Source: Promethearchaeati archaeon SRVP18_Atabeyarchaeia-1 (GTDB taxonomy: Archaea; Asgardarchaeota; Atabeyarchaeia; Atabeyarchaeales; Atabeyarchaeaceae). Taken from it: 64,000 nt of DNA. The notes beneath the pieces were generated by a model. It searched no databases and was not told where the DNA came from. It worked only from the letters and a program-made list of their open reading frames with translations. The DNA lies in assembly GCA_037308085.1 (NCBI GenBank), contig CP147779.1, positions 672,001 to 736,000 of the forward strand, in the 5' to 3' direction. Numbering within the stretch: the first letter of the stretch is position 1; each line of letters opens with the position of its first letter. This document shows, one piece after another, positions 27,657 through 37,036 of the stretch. The position numbers were made by a program, and so were the translations under genes.

Positions 27657-28964
27657 ATGGTCAAGAAGATTAACCTATCCAGTTTCTTCCCCATCCGAGC
27701 AGGGATCGAAGATGGCAAGATTTCAATCCTTCTTCATGGAATAATAGCTGGCGAGATCTCTTTAAGCCAACTAAGGGCTCTGATCAGAAGGCAACTCGCA
27801 GCCGAGCAACTAGAACTGGATGTCTTGGTTAGTAATGGGGAACTCATGATTACAGTTAATGCTGAGCCCAAGACTATAATAGACGAACAGAAGGTTGCAG
27901 AGGTTGCAGGCAACTTGATTTCAAGACTCCTTCCTCCGACGCTAAGAAATAGGGTCACTGGAAAGAAGCTTGTCTACATAACAACGGCATCAGGTATCCC
28001 ATTAATGGGACGCATTGATTTCGGGATAATCGATAGAGGGACAAACCTCATACAAGTTAGACCCATCACGGGATGCGTCCTTGATTGTCCCTTCTGTTCC
28101 GTGGATAGTGGATTAAGTTCAAGGACGCGCGTCACTGACTTCATTGTTGACAAAGACTACTTGGTTGAGGAAGTAAGAAAGCTCTGCGAGTTCAAAGGTT
28201 CCGAATCCATCGAATTGCATATTGATGGGCAAGGTGAGCCTACTCTATATCCGTACTTGCCAGCCCTAGTGGAGGCACTATCGAAGATCAGCGGGGTAGA
28301 TACAGTGTCCCTGCAGACAAATGGGGCCTCTCTGACAGAGAGACTTGTAGATGACCTGCAAAAGGCGGGTCTTTCCCGGATAAATCTGTCACTCAATGCG
28401 TTGGATTCCCATAAGGCGACAGTGATGTCTGGTACGGCAAAATATGATCTCACGCATATTCTCGATGTCACTGAATACATCAGGGACTCAAAGATCGCGC
28501 TACTTGTGGCCCCTCTGTGGCTACCAGGCCTAAACGACGACGAAATCCCAAGAATACTTCAGTTCGTGAAGAAGATTGGAATCAGATCTAAATGGCCCGT
28601 TCTCGGGATCCAAAACTATCTGATTCATAGACGGGGGAGAAGAGTCAAGGGAATCAAACCCTGTTCGATGGCGCAGTTTCGGCATAAACTGAGAAACTTG
28701 GCAAGTTCTTTTAGCATGCCCAATCTTGTTCTAAGGAGAAGCGATTTTGGCATAACGCCTATGGAGAGCTACGATAGACCTTTTAAGATAGGCGAGACAG
28801 CGGAAATCGATATAGTCGCACCCGGGCGAATGATAGGAGAAATGGTTGGGGTTGGAAGAGAAAGAGCGCTTCACGTCCTAACGTTCGGGAAGACTACCGG
28901 TATACGGAAGTCGGCGCGCATTCTTCGTACCAAGCATAACATATTCGTCGCCGAGGCAAATTGA
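27657..28964 (+). CDS. Radical SAM protein (archaeal COG2100-like, C-terminal TRAM-like region)
   Basis: FGIIDRGTNLIQVRPITGCVLDCPFCSVD (CxxxCxxC), DGQGEP. Confidence 0.88.
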   Translation: MVKKINLSSFFPIRAGIEDGKISILLHGIIAGEISLSQLRALIRRQLAAEQLELDVLVSNGELMITVNAEPKTIIDEQKVAEVAGNLISRLLPPTLRNRVTGKKLVYITTASGIPLMGRIDFGIIDRGTNLIQVRPITGCVLDCPFCSVDSGLSSRTRVTDFIVDKDYLVEEVRKLCEFKGSESIELHIDGQGEPTLYPYLPALVEALSKISGVDTVSLQTNGASLTERLVDDLQKAGLSRINLSLNALDSHKATVMSGTAKYDLTHILDVTEYIRDSKIALLVAPLWLPGLNDDEIPRILQFVKKIGIRSKWPVLGIQNYLIHRRGRRVKGIKPCSMAQFRHKLRNLASSFSMPNLVLRRSDFGITPMESYDRPFKIGETAEIDIVAPGRMIGEMVGVGRERALHVLTFGKTTGIRKSARILRTKHNIFVAEAN

Positions 28965-29560
28965 GGACACGGCATGCTGGGAAGAAACCAATGACGACGA
29001 ATCACTCAACGGAAAGAAAGCGCGAACTGGTAAAACTCTACGATTCCACGGCACACACCTATGACAGAAGATACAAGGAGATCCAGCGCAGGAAGTACAG
29101 GAATTTCGGTAGTAAGTTCAAGAAAGTGGGCATCACACTCGATGTGGGATGTGGAACGGGGCTGCTTCTCTGCATGTTGGGCAACCGCGCGGGTCACATC
29201 GTCGGGGTTGATATCTCAACTGCAATGCTAAGAATCGCGTCGAAGAACTTGAGAAAGGAAAGTGTTAGCGGTAGCTTAATCAGGGCAGACGCGGAATCGC
29301 TACCGTTTCGCGGCAATGTCTTTGCAAATGTGGCGTCAGTCACAGTTCTTCAGAACCTTACTGAACCCAACAGAGCAATAAGTGAAATCGCTCGTGTCGC
29401 GGCCTGTGGCGCCCAAATAGCCCTGACGTGCCTAGGAAGGAAACACAGTACTGCTTGGCTCAGGAAAATTATCTCCTCTGCCACCTCGGATCTTGAAGTG
29501 ACATCAGAATGGGAAGATGGCGAAGAAGACATCGGGATAAATGCAGCAAAACCTATTTAA
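28961..29560 (+). CDS. Class I SAM-dependent methyltransferase
   Basis: LDVGCGTG, GVDIS..ML, ADAESLPF. Confidence 0.88.
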   Translation: MRTRHAGKKPMTTNHSTERKRELVKLYDSTAHTYDRRYKEIQRRKYRNFGSKFKKVGITLDVGCGTGLLLCMLGNRAGHIVGVDISTAMLRIASKNLRKESVSGSLIRADAESLPFRGNVFANVASVTVLQNLTEPNRAISEIARVAACGAQIALTCLGRKHSTAWLRKIISSATSDLEVTSEWEDGEEDIGINAAKPI

Positions 29561-29661
29561 ACAAACCTTAGAGTGCAGATTACTAAGTTCGGATTAAGGA
29601 ATCGATAACTACAATGTTTATATGCGAAAGCCTGCTATGATCGTTTCAACACTGAGACGAA

Positions 29662-29934
29662 ATGGATTTCTCGGGGATGAGGTCAATGTCTGAAAGACAG
29701 CCTTTGAAGCTACTGCTGCGTTCGATAAACAACATTGTGCTGGTAAAACTTAAGGATGGACGCGAATATAAGGGAAGGCTGATTGAGATGGACAACTACA
29801 TGAACCTAGTTTTGAGTGGGGCAGAAGAGATTGAGAATAATGAGCACGTTGCCAGGTTTGGAGAGGTTTTCATTCGCGGCAACAATATTCTCTTCATAAA
29901 GCCTGATGTGACAGCCTCTTCTAGTGAATCCTAG
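29662..29934 (+). CDS. Sm-like (Lsm/SmAP) protein
   Basis: Sm1 VKLKDGREYKGRL..MDNYMNLVL and Sm2 FIRGNNI. Confidence 0.93.
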   Translation: MDFSGMRSMSERQPLKLLLRSINNIVLVKLKDGREYKGRLIEMDNYMNLVLSGAEEIENNEHVARFGEVFIRGNNILFIKPDVTASSSES

Positions 29935-30142
29935 GGAAAGTGAGAAAGCCGAGGTAGAAGTACTAAGAAGCCAACAGGTTACGAGAACATAGACCCTGCT
30001 CATCATCCTGCAATCGGTGCTCGTTTTTGCGGCAACTGCGGGGCACCTACTGTTATTCAAGTAGGGGTGATCAAGTCAACTGAGGGATAATCAATTCTAC
30101 TGAGAGACATCGCTGCATTGTCGGCAACTAGGGGCCCTTCAC

Positions 30143-30574
30143 ATGAGAGGTATACGTTCTGCGGACAAACTAAGGATCGAGAAGGTACTAGATACGCTGA
30201 CGGAACTGGTTGACTACTCATCGAGGGGCGTTCCGATTCTGGTTGAAGGGAGAAAAGATGAGGATGCCCTCAAGGGGTTGGGGGTGACCGGCAGAATAAT
30301 CAGAGTAAGTCAGCCAGGCAAGAGACTCTTCGAAATAGCCGAAGAACTCAGATCATGCGAGACCGTTGTAATTCTTACAGACTTCGACCAAGAAGGGGAG
30401 AAATTGGCGAAAGAGTTGTCCAGGCACCTACATTCATGGGGTGTTCAGACAATACTGAGAAACAAGGTCAGGAATGCCGTGACGTGGGCCTCTAGGCAAA
30501 TAGAAGGGCTCACAAAAATAGAAGGGCTTCGAGAACATTTAAATAACAAACAATTTATAATAAACTCAGCATAG
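30143..30574 (+). CDS. Small TOPRIM-domain protein (RNase M5-like)
   Basis: ILVEGRKD, ILTDFDQEG. Confidence 0.88.
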   Translation: MRGIRSADKLRIEKVLDTLTELVDYSSRGVPILVEGRKDEDALKGLGVTGRIIRVSQPGKRLFEIAEELRSCETVVILTDFDQEGEKLAKELSRHLHSWGVQTILRNKVRNAVTWASRQIEGLTKIEGLREHLNNKQFIINSA

Positions 30575-30670
30575 AATAGATTAGCCGGGATTTTTCCTCA
30601 TCATTGAGGTTTCCCGAACCGGATAATGTAATGACGTCGTATCTGTTTATCGCCTTTTATGAAGTGTCAC

Positions 30671-30714
30671 TAGGAGTTGAAATATCTGATGATAGGAGTT
30701 GAAATATCTGATGA
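30671..30714 (+). repeat. Exact 22-bp tandem duplication spanning the dnaG SD and start codon
   Basis: TAGGAGTTGAAATATCTGATGA occurs twice in tandem. Confidence 0.95.
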
Positions 30715-32012
30715 CAGAAGATCACGAAGAGTATACTACAACGAAGTATGTTGTCAAAGCAAAGTTTGAGGTGGATGGTGTAGTTGAAAAGCCCGACGTT
30801 GTCGGCGCTATCTTTGGGCAGACCGAGGGGCTGCTTGGGGATGAGCTTGATCTGCGAGAGTTGCAGAAAACAGGTCGCATAGGACGGATAATAGTAAATA
30901 TCAACACACAGAGCGGAAAATCCAGTGGAGTAGTGATTATTCCCTCGAGCATCGACAAAGTTGAAACTGCAGTGCTTGCTTCGTCTATGGAAACAATTGA
31001 CAGGGTGGGGCCATGCACGGCTCGATTCTGGATTGACCGAATAGAGGATGTGCGGGAACTAAAGAGAAAGAAAATCACCAAAAGGGCATCAGAAATACTG
31101 CGTGAGTGGGAAGAAAAGATCGCCCCTGAAAGCAAAGAGATAACGGATATGGTTATGGATACTATCAAGGGCGGAGAAATCGGCAAGTACGGCTCGGAGG
31201 AACTGCCTGCAGGACCAGCGATAGAAGAATCGGATACCGTCATAGTTGTTGAGGGGAGAGCCGATGTTCAAAACTTACTTAGATATGGGTTCAAGAACGT
31301 TGTAGCTGTCGAGGGCACTCGGGTTCCTCAGTCAATAATAGACCTTAGCAGGAAGAAAACGATCATCGCGTTCCTAGATGGAGACAGAGGCGGGGATCTG
31401 ATTCTGAAGGAACTGATGCAGGTCGCTGATGTGGACTATGTCACTCGCGCTCCTGTGGGCAAGGACGTCGAGGAGCTCACGAGAAAGGAGATTGTGAAAG
31501 CGCTTAGAAACAAGGTCCCTGGGGAACAGGCAACTGTGGTTGCCGACAAGAATCAACATGTTGCTCAAGACAAAGCCAAGGAACCTCGTGTGACTGAGCC
31601 AAAGGTGACTGAGCCAAAGGTGACTGAGCCAAAGGTGACTGAGCCAAAGGTGACTGAGCCAAAGGTGACTGAGCCAAAGGAGACAGAGCCAAAGGAGACA
31701 AAAGAGAAAAAGGAGAAAAGCCCAGGCCATTCGGGCCAGCTCAAGAAGTACGTTGAGTCCGTTAATGGGACGCTCAAGGCAATGGTGCTCAATGACAAAT
31801 TGGAACTAGTCAAGGAAATCCCAGTAGGTGAAATAACCGAGGCCATATCATCCCTTGACAAAATACACGCAATAGTATTCGATGGCGTCATCACTCAACG
31901 GTTGATAGACTTGGCAAGTGAAAAGGGCGCAGGGCTCCTCATAGGCGCAAGAAGAGGTAATATCGCGAAACAGCCTGTAAATATGTCGGTGAAGACATTC
32001 AAGGACATATAA
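30711..32012 (+). CDS. dnaG: Archaeal DnaG (primase-like, exosome-associated)
   Basis: VEKPDVVGAIFGQTEGLLG, TOPRIM VVEGRAD and FLDGDRGG, C-terminal FDGVITQRL. Confidence 0.95.
   Translation: MTEDHEEYTTTKYVVKAKFEVDGVVEKPDVVGAIFGQTEGLLGDELDLRELQKTGRIGRIIVNINTQSGKSSGVVIIPSSIDKVETAVLASSMETIDRVGPCTARFWIDRIEDVRELKRKKITKRASEILREWEEKIAPESKEITDMVMDTIKGGEIGKYGSEELPAGPAIEESDTVIVVEGRADVQNLLRYGFKNVVAVEGTRVPQSIIDLSRKKTIIAFLDGDRGGDLILKELMQVADVDYVTRAPVGKDVEELTRKEIVKALRNKVPGEQATVVADKNQHVAQDKAKEPRVTEPKVTEPKVTEPKVTEPKVTEPKVTEPKETEPKETKEKKEKSPGHSGQLKKYVESVNGTLKAMVLNDKLELVKEIPVGEITEAISSLDKIHAIVFDGVITQRLIDLASEKGAGLLIGARRGNIAKQPVNMSVKTFKDI
31590..31700 (+). repeat. 15-bp coding tandem repeat (VTEPK)n in the DnaG linker
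   Basis: GTGACTGAGCCAAAG x6 exact, then GAGACAGAGCCAAAG and a partial unit. Confidence 0.95.
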
Positions 32013-32221
32013 GATGACGTCTGGCCTAGTCCCCGACAAAAAATCCCTATTTCGCCAACGATCAGACTACCAGATGTGCGAATTGCAGATTACGATGGAC
32101 TTCGCCGTCACCACTCGTGGATGTCAGATCGTCTGAATCCGCCAAGATCGCCATCTGGTTTCGCTTTTTTTCTCCTCAGCTCGAGCGTGCACCACACCGC
32201 TTCTTGCTTCAAAATAGTAGG

Positions 32222-32443
32222 TCATTTCTTCTTTTCCTTAGAAGTCCACCAGTCAAGATACTCCTTCTGCCTCTTGTCTTTCTCCTCTTTTTGCTTGCCA
32301 GAGCCACCGTATATATCGTCCATCAGTTTATCGTGGGCTTCATCGAGTTCTTCTCTCATCCATGTGGCGCCACATCTCGTACAGACGTATGAGCGGCTGT
32401 TTCTGTCATATTTCAATTCTCCAGCACATTCAGGGCAATTCAT
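32222..32443 (-). CDS. Small Zn-ribbon protein
   Basis: MNCPECAG...YVCTRCG; C-terminal EYLDWW motif. Confidence 0.8.
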   Translation of the reverse strand: MNCPECAGELKYDRNSRSYVCTRCGATWMREELDEAHDKLMDDIYGGSGKQKEEKDKRQKEYLDWWTSKEKKK

Positions 32444-32643
32444 CGCAGACTAACCTCACTAGCTATACAGCTCCTATCTCTACAAACGATACATTATGAT
32501 TAGACTTGAGAACTATAATGCTCTCCTACTAGATATTAATCGACAAACCTGATTTATAAGTTTGCTAAAGCGTTCCTGTTACCTCTGCGGTTGGCATGTT
32601 TTCATATGGATGGTTCTTATGTGGAGGCAAGCTTAGATTAGGT

Positions 32644-32720
32644 GTGCAAGCCTTCAAGGCGGTCAGGCAGAGCTACACGCCGTCTCCTGAACTACTCAGC
32701 CTCCTCGATAACACGTCGCA
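32644..32720 (+). pseudogene. Possible 5' remnant of an archaeal TnpB/IS605-type gene
   Basis: VQAFKAVRQSYTPSPELLSLLD resembles the N-terminus of archaeal TnpB-like proteins (from memory); similarity ends where the convergent pflX gene ends. Confidence 0.4.
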
Positions 32721-32722
32721 AT

Positions 32723-33835
32723 TCAACTCACCGGTCTCCATAAGAGTCCCAATTGATCAGCATATTTGTGTGCTTCCTGCACCTCATCTTGGGAAGGTCT
32801 TCTGTTTATTTCAATGAATTCCTTGTTACTCGGAACAAGATAGGCTGGGTGGTACTGCGCCATAACATTGACCAGAGCTTTGGGTAAATTCTTTGAGATC
32901 CATCCCAATATCGGCTTGGAACAGCACTCCACATGTCCAGGCATGACTAGGTGCCTGACGATCATTTCGCCACCGCCTCGGTCATGCACTGCCGTATGGT
33001 TGCTAGAGACGACACTCCAATAATTAGGAACGCGCGAGTACTTCAACGCACACTCGTCACCGTACCACTTCATGTCTGGGAGCCAGAAATCGAACAGATC
33101 CAAAAGCAATTCCATTGATTCAGTCGACATATAGAAATTTGAGTTCCAGAGTTGGCATATGTCAACTTCAAGATACTTCATTGACTCCACGATATTATGT
33201 AGATTGGGTGTGGGCGATCCCCCGACCCAGTTAATATTGCGGGCTCCCTCCTTCTTTAGGGCAGACGCCATATCTGCCAGATTCAGTGGACTGACAGCTT
33301 TTCCGTTATCTGGGTCGCCAGATATATCGTGGTTTTGGCAGAATACGCATGGACCGAAGTTGCAGCCAGAAAGAAATATGGTTCCAGAGGGAACTAGTAC
33401 ACTCTCCTCTCCCATATGTAGGAAAGAAGTCGAGACTAGTGCCTGCCTTCCCACTCTGCAAAAGCCTTTCTCGTCCTTCAACCTGTTTATGCCGCATCTA
33501 CGCTCACACAGATGGCAATTCTGCGCTATTCTCCTGCCGAGTTCTATCTTCAAGTCCAAATAAGTACTGCGCAATGGCGCCTCTATGTCGGCGGGACTTG
33601 ACTTCCCCTCATCAAGATCTTTCAGCAACTCATTGAAGATCCTCGACACTCTGCGGTGTTCGCTCCACAGTACTTCCTCAGACGAATCCATTGAGACACT
33701 GACAGGTATAAGCTTCGTCAGTTTGAACTTGGGCAGGAAAATCCCTTTAAGGATGCCATAGTACCTTGAGAGTCTAGATCTGACGAGTTCATTGCCCCAC
33801 ACTTCCAGAGAATCTGGACGAACTATTCGCCACAT
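32723..33835 (-). CDS. PflX-like radical SAM protein (COG1313)
   Basis: CHLCERRCG, HMGEESVLVPSGTIF, GCNFGPCVFCQN, VRHLVMPGHVECC. Confidence 0.88.
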   Translation of the reverse strand: MWRIVRPDSLEVWGNELVRSRLSRYYGILKGIFLPKFKLTKLIPVSVSMDSSEEVLWSEHRRVSRIFNELLKDLDEGKSSPADIEAPLRSTYLDLKIELGRRIAQNCHLCERRCGINRLKDEKGFCRVGRQALVSTSFLHMGEESVLVPSGTIFLSGCNFGPCVFCQNHDISGDPDNGKAVSPLNLADMASALKKEGARNINWVGGSPTPNLHNIVESMKYLEVDICQLWNSNFYMSTESMELLLDLFDFWLPDMKWYGDECALKYSRVPNYWSVVSSNHTAVHDRGGGEMIVRHLVMPGHVECCSKPILGWISKNLPKALVNVMAQYHPAYLVPSNKEFIEINRRPSQDEVQEAHKYADQLGLLWRPVS

Positions 33836-33970
33836 TTTTCCGCTACACCGACAATATTGTATGCAAAATAAGAGAGATGCGTTGGGAATCATGCGCGTTA
33901 AATAGAAAACCGATCTAAGGTACCAAGCGGGCAGCAATTTAAGGACTTTTCGGTTCTCAACGGGTCTCAT

Positions 33971-35044
33971 TTGACAAGAAGAGGAATGAATAAGAACATG
34001 GATGACGGGACAAAGGAATTGGTATTCCTATTACTGGGGAACAACCCGACTCTGCCCTTCGCAGAATGCAGGGCAATATTGGAGAGCAATGGCGTGCCCT
34101 TCAAGGAGATAAGACGCCTTGACCAAGTTCTGATTATCTCAGCACCCTTTGAGGCATGCCGTCTGGTCGCAAGACAGGCTGGGCTAGTTAGAAGAGTTTG
34201 CGTTCTTCTGACCCAGTCTGCCAAGACTCCAGAGAGCATGCTTCGAGCCGTAGACAGTCTTGATATCAAAGGTGTACTAGGTCCCAAAGCTTCCTTCGCT
34301 GTAAGAATAAAAGGGGTGAGAGGGCATTCCAAGGGACTCAACATAAATGAGTTGGAGAGACGAATAGGTGGGCAAATACAAGAAAAGGCAAAGTGGGCTA
34401 GGGTTGACCTGGCAAAGCCCGATGTTCTCTTCTACACCATCATAACTGGTGACTCGGCTTTTGTTTGTCAGAGCGTCGAGGAAGTGGAGGAGAGGGGTTT
34501 TGGTCTGCGAAGACCTGGGTCAAGACCTTTCTTCCATCCAAGCTCCATGCATCCACGTTTGGCCAGAACGATGGTAAATCTATCGGAAGCACGACCAGGT
34601 AGCAGGTTCCTCGATCCGTTCTGCGGCTCTGGGGGAATATTAGTGGAAGCCGGGGTCATAGGTTGCAAGCTGATCGGAATGGATATAGATCCTAAGATGT
34701 CCAAGGGATCAAAAGAGAACCTAGACGCGCTTGGCATTGACTCGAAAAACATCTGCGTCGGCGACGCGCGGCACATTCCGATGAAGGAGATCGATTCGGT
34801 TGCGACGGACCCACCATATGGGAGATCATCATCGACAAAGGGCAACGAAACATTCAAGCTAGTAGAGGAGTCACTTGAAGACATGGCTTCCATCCTCAAG
34901 CTTCATGGTAGAGTGTGCATCTCTGTCCCATCTAACATCAATGTTGCAGACTTCAGGCTTAACGATCTAAGGATGGTAGAGAAACACTCATTCAGAGTTC
35001 ATAGAAGCCTTACCAGGAACATAGTCACCTTTGCAAGACTGTGA
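33971..35044 (+). CDS. trm11: tRNA m2G10 methyltransferase (THUMP + MTase)
   Basis: RPFFHPSSMHPRLAR, DPFCGSGG, TDPPYG, VHRSLTR. Confidence 0.88.
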   Translation: MTRRGMNKNMDDGTKELVFLLLGNNPTLPFAECRAILESNGVPFKEIRRLDQVLIISAPFEACRLVARQAGLVRRVCVLLTQSAKTPESMLRAVDSLDIKGVLGPKASFAVRIKGVRGHSKGLNINELERRIGGQIQEKAKWARVDLAKPDVLFYTIITGDSAFVCQSVEEVEERGFGLRRPGSRPFFHPSSMHPRLARTMVNLSEARPGSRFLDPFCGSGGILVEAGVIGCKLIGMDIDPKMSKGSKENLDALGIDSKNICVGDARHIPMKEIDSVATDPPYGRSSSTKGNETFKLVEESLEDMASILKLHGRVCISVPSNINVADFRLNDLRMVEKHSFRVHRSLTRNIVTFARL

Positions 35045-35055
35045 CTAGGTAGAGA

Positions 35056-35982
35056 TCAAGAGGTTGCGCCAGCAGCTGGTACCGTGATGTTAAGGAAGTC
35101 TTTGGCCACAATCGTGTTCCTGAATATGGCCCGAGCTTGCTCTAGCAAGATCTGATCACTACTGTACCTGTTTGATATGTGAGTCAGTACTAGGAGTCTG
35201 ACGTTTGCCTCCTTCGCTACCTTGGCCGCTTGGCTTGCGGTCGAATGTCCGTACTCAGCGGCTTTGTCCAGCAGGCTGTCGTCATAGGTCGAATCATGTA
35301 TTAAGATGTCTGCGTTGAGACTTAGCGAGACTATTTCATTGGTTGGTCTTGTATCACCTGAGTACACAACTTTCCTTCCTGGACGCCGAGGACCCACCAC
35401 CATTTCTGGATCTACGGTATTTCCGTTGGCAAGCGTTACTGATTCGCCATACTGGAGTTTCCTCCACAGAGGACCTTCGGGAACACCAAGCCGCGTAGCC
35501 CTTTCTGGAAAGAACTCTCCGGGTCTCCACTTCTCCTCGAGCGAATAGGCAAGCGAGAAAATGCCTTCGTGGTCAGTTTTGCATACCCGGATGACGTATT
35601 GGTCATTCTCAAAAATGTTACCTGCATCTCGGGTCTGGTTGACGACAAGGTCAAAACTCGGCGCGAAATGCAGTGTTTCTGCTAAGGCTTCCAAGAATCC
35701 GCCTATTCCCAGGGGGCCGAATATTTGTAGCGGTTTTGTTCTTCCAGACAGGGAAAGGGTTTGTAGCAATCCGCCCAAACCAAGGACATGATCTCCATGA
35801 AGATGTGTTATGAGTATTTTAGACAATCTGCCGTATCTCAGATTTGTGAAAGCAAGTTGTCTCTGTGTTCCTTCACCACAATCAAAGAAAATCAGCTCAC
35901 CATTTCTTTTCAATGCTACGCAAGGGGATCCCCTCTCCACTGTGGGTACGCTTCCACTAGTTCCGAGAAAGAGAATCTCCAA
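35056..35982 (-). CDS. rnz: Ribonuclease Z
   Basis: FLGTSGSVP, DCGEGTQ, THLHGDH, GP exosite, THISNRY. Confidence 0.95.
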   Translation of the reverse strand: MEILFLGTSGSVPTVERGSPCVALKRNGELIFFDCGEGTQRQLAFTNLRYGRLSKILITHLHGDHVLGLGGLLQTLSLSGRTKPLQIFGPLGIGGFLEALAETLHFAPSFDLVVNQTRDAGNIFENDQYVIRVCKTDHEGIFSLAYSLEEKWRPGEFFPERATRLGVPEGPLWRKLQYGESVTLANGNTVDPEMVVGPRRPGRKVVYSGDTRPTNEIVSLSLNADILIHDSTYDDSLLDKAAEYGHSTASQAAKVAKEANVRLLVLTHISNRYSSDQILLEQARAIFRNTIVAKDFLNITVPAAGATS

Positions 35983-36027
35983 ATTCCAATGCTCCCCACT
36001 TGCAATCGCGTCTTCTTAGCTCCAGAA

Positions 36028-36426
36028 TCACTCTATCTGCCCAGTGAGATAGTCAATTACCGACTTGATGTCATCTGACTCTATCTCAACGGTTATTGGC
36101 CCTAGGGGAGACTCGTTCTTGGTCTCGCAGAAATGTACAACTCCCATGAAGGCGGCTTGCTTGTTGAGGTAGAACCTGATGCGGTTCCCTTCGATCATAG
36201 ATTTCGATAGAGTTTTTCTAGCGAAAGTTGATATCGCTTGGTCTTTCAGGTGCCTTTGTATCTGCGACAGAGATACGGAGCCATCGGAGATGCCAAGCAG
36301 GTACTTCACTTGGCCCTCAACTCGCTCGCTAAAGCTAACTCCGAAAACGATGTTGGAAAGAGCCATTTTTACCTTATCAGGGTTCTCAGTGGGGTAGACT
36401 GGCACTTCCACGTGTACTTTGATCAT
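36028..36426 (-). CDS. UPF0201/DUF54 RNA-binding protein
   Basis: VYPTENPDKV, LNKQAA, SPLGPI. Confidence 0.88.
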   Translation of the reverse strand: MIKVHVEVPVYPTENPDKVKMALSNIVFGVSFSERVEGQVKYLLGISDGSVSLSQIQRHLKDQAISTFARKTLSKSMIEGNRIRFYLNKQAAFMGVVHFCETKNESPLGPITVEIESDDIKSVIDYLTGQIE

Positions 36427-36970
36427 TAGTCGCCACCTCTAGCAGGATTCTCTTCACGTTCTTTCTGAACACGGGTTGGTTCCCCTCGTTTGATACTACC
36501 GCATCAGCAAGCGCAATGGCGCCGCCGATGCCAACACTTAGCTCAATATTATCGCGTTCGCAGAACTGTTTCCATGTATCAGGGTCGTCTCCTCTGCGCC
36601 GATCCTGTAATCTGCGAAACCGCGTTCTCGGGGATGAATGAATCGCGATGACAAAGAAGCCCGGAAACTCCCGACGGAAGACGTCGATTTCTTCGGGGCT
36701 CCTGATCCCGTCTATTGCTACCATCTTGTGGGTGCTCAAGGCTCGTACTAGCGGCAGACACCTTTCTGCGACAACTCCCTTTCCATACTTCCTCCTCATT
36801 TCGATCATTGCTTTCCTCAGAGTTTCTGGAACGATTTCTAGACCTGTGCTCCTTACTTCTTTTCTGACGACATCGCCCATAATCACTACGGGAATTCCCA
36901 TCGATCTTGCGACGTCCGCCGCTTCTGATTTTCCGCAACCCGGCATGCCAACGAAGCCGACGACTTTCAT
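36386..36970 (-). CDS. UPF0200 nucleotide kinase (dephospho-CoA kinase-like)
   Basis: VGMPGCGKS, MGDVVR, IDGIRS. Confidence 0.85.
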   Translation of the reverse strand: MKVVGFVGMPGCGKSEAADVARSMGIPVVIMGDVVRKEVRSTGLEIVPETLRKAMIEMRRKYGKGVVAERCLPLVRALSTHKMVAIDGIRSPEEIDVFRREFPGFFVIAIHSSPRTRFRRLQDRRRGDDPDTWKQFCERDNIELSVGIGGAIALADAVVSNEGNQPVFRKNVKRILLEVATNDQSTRGSASLPH

Positions 36971-37036
36971 CCAGAATCCTCCAAGGAGCCCCCGGCATTC
37001 ACCCTCTATGACAGAAAGCAATGTTGCTGTGCACTA

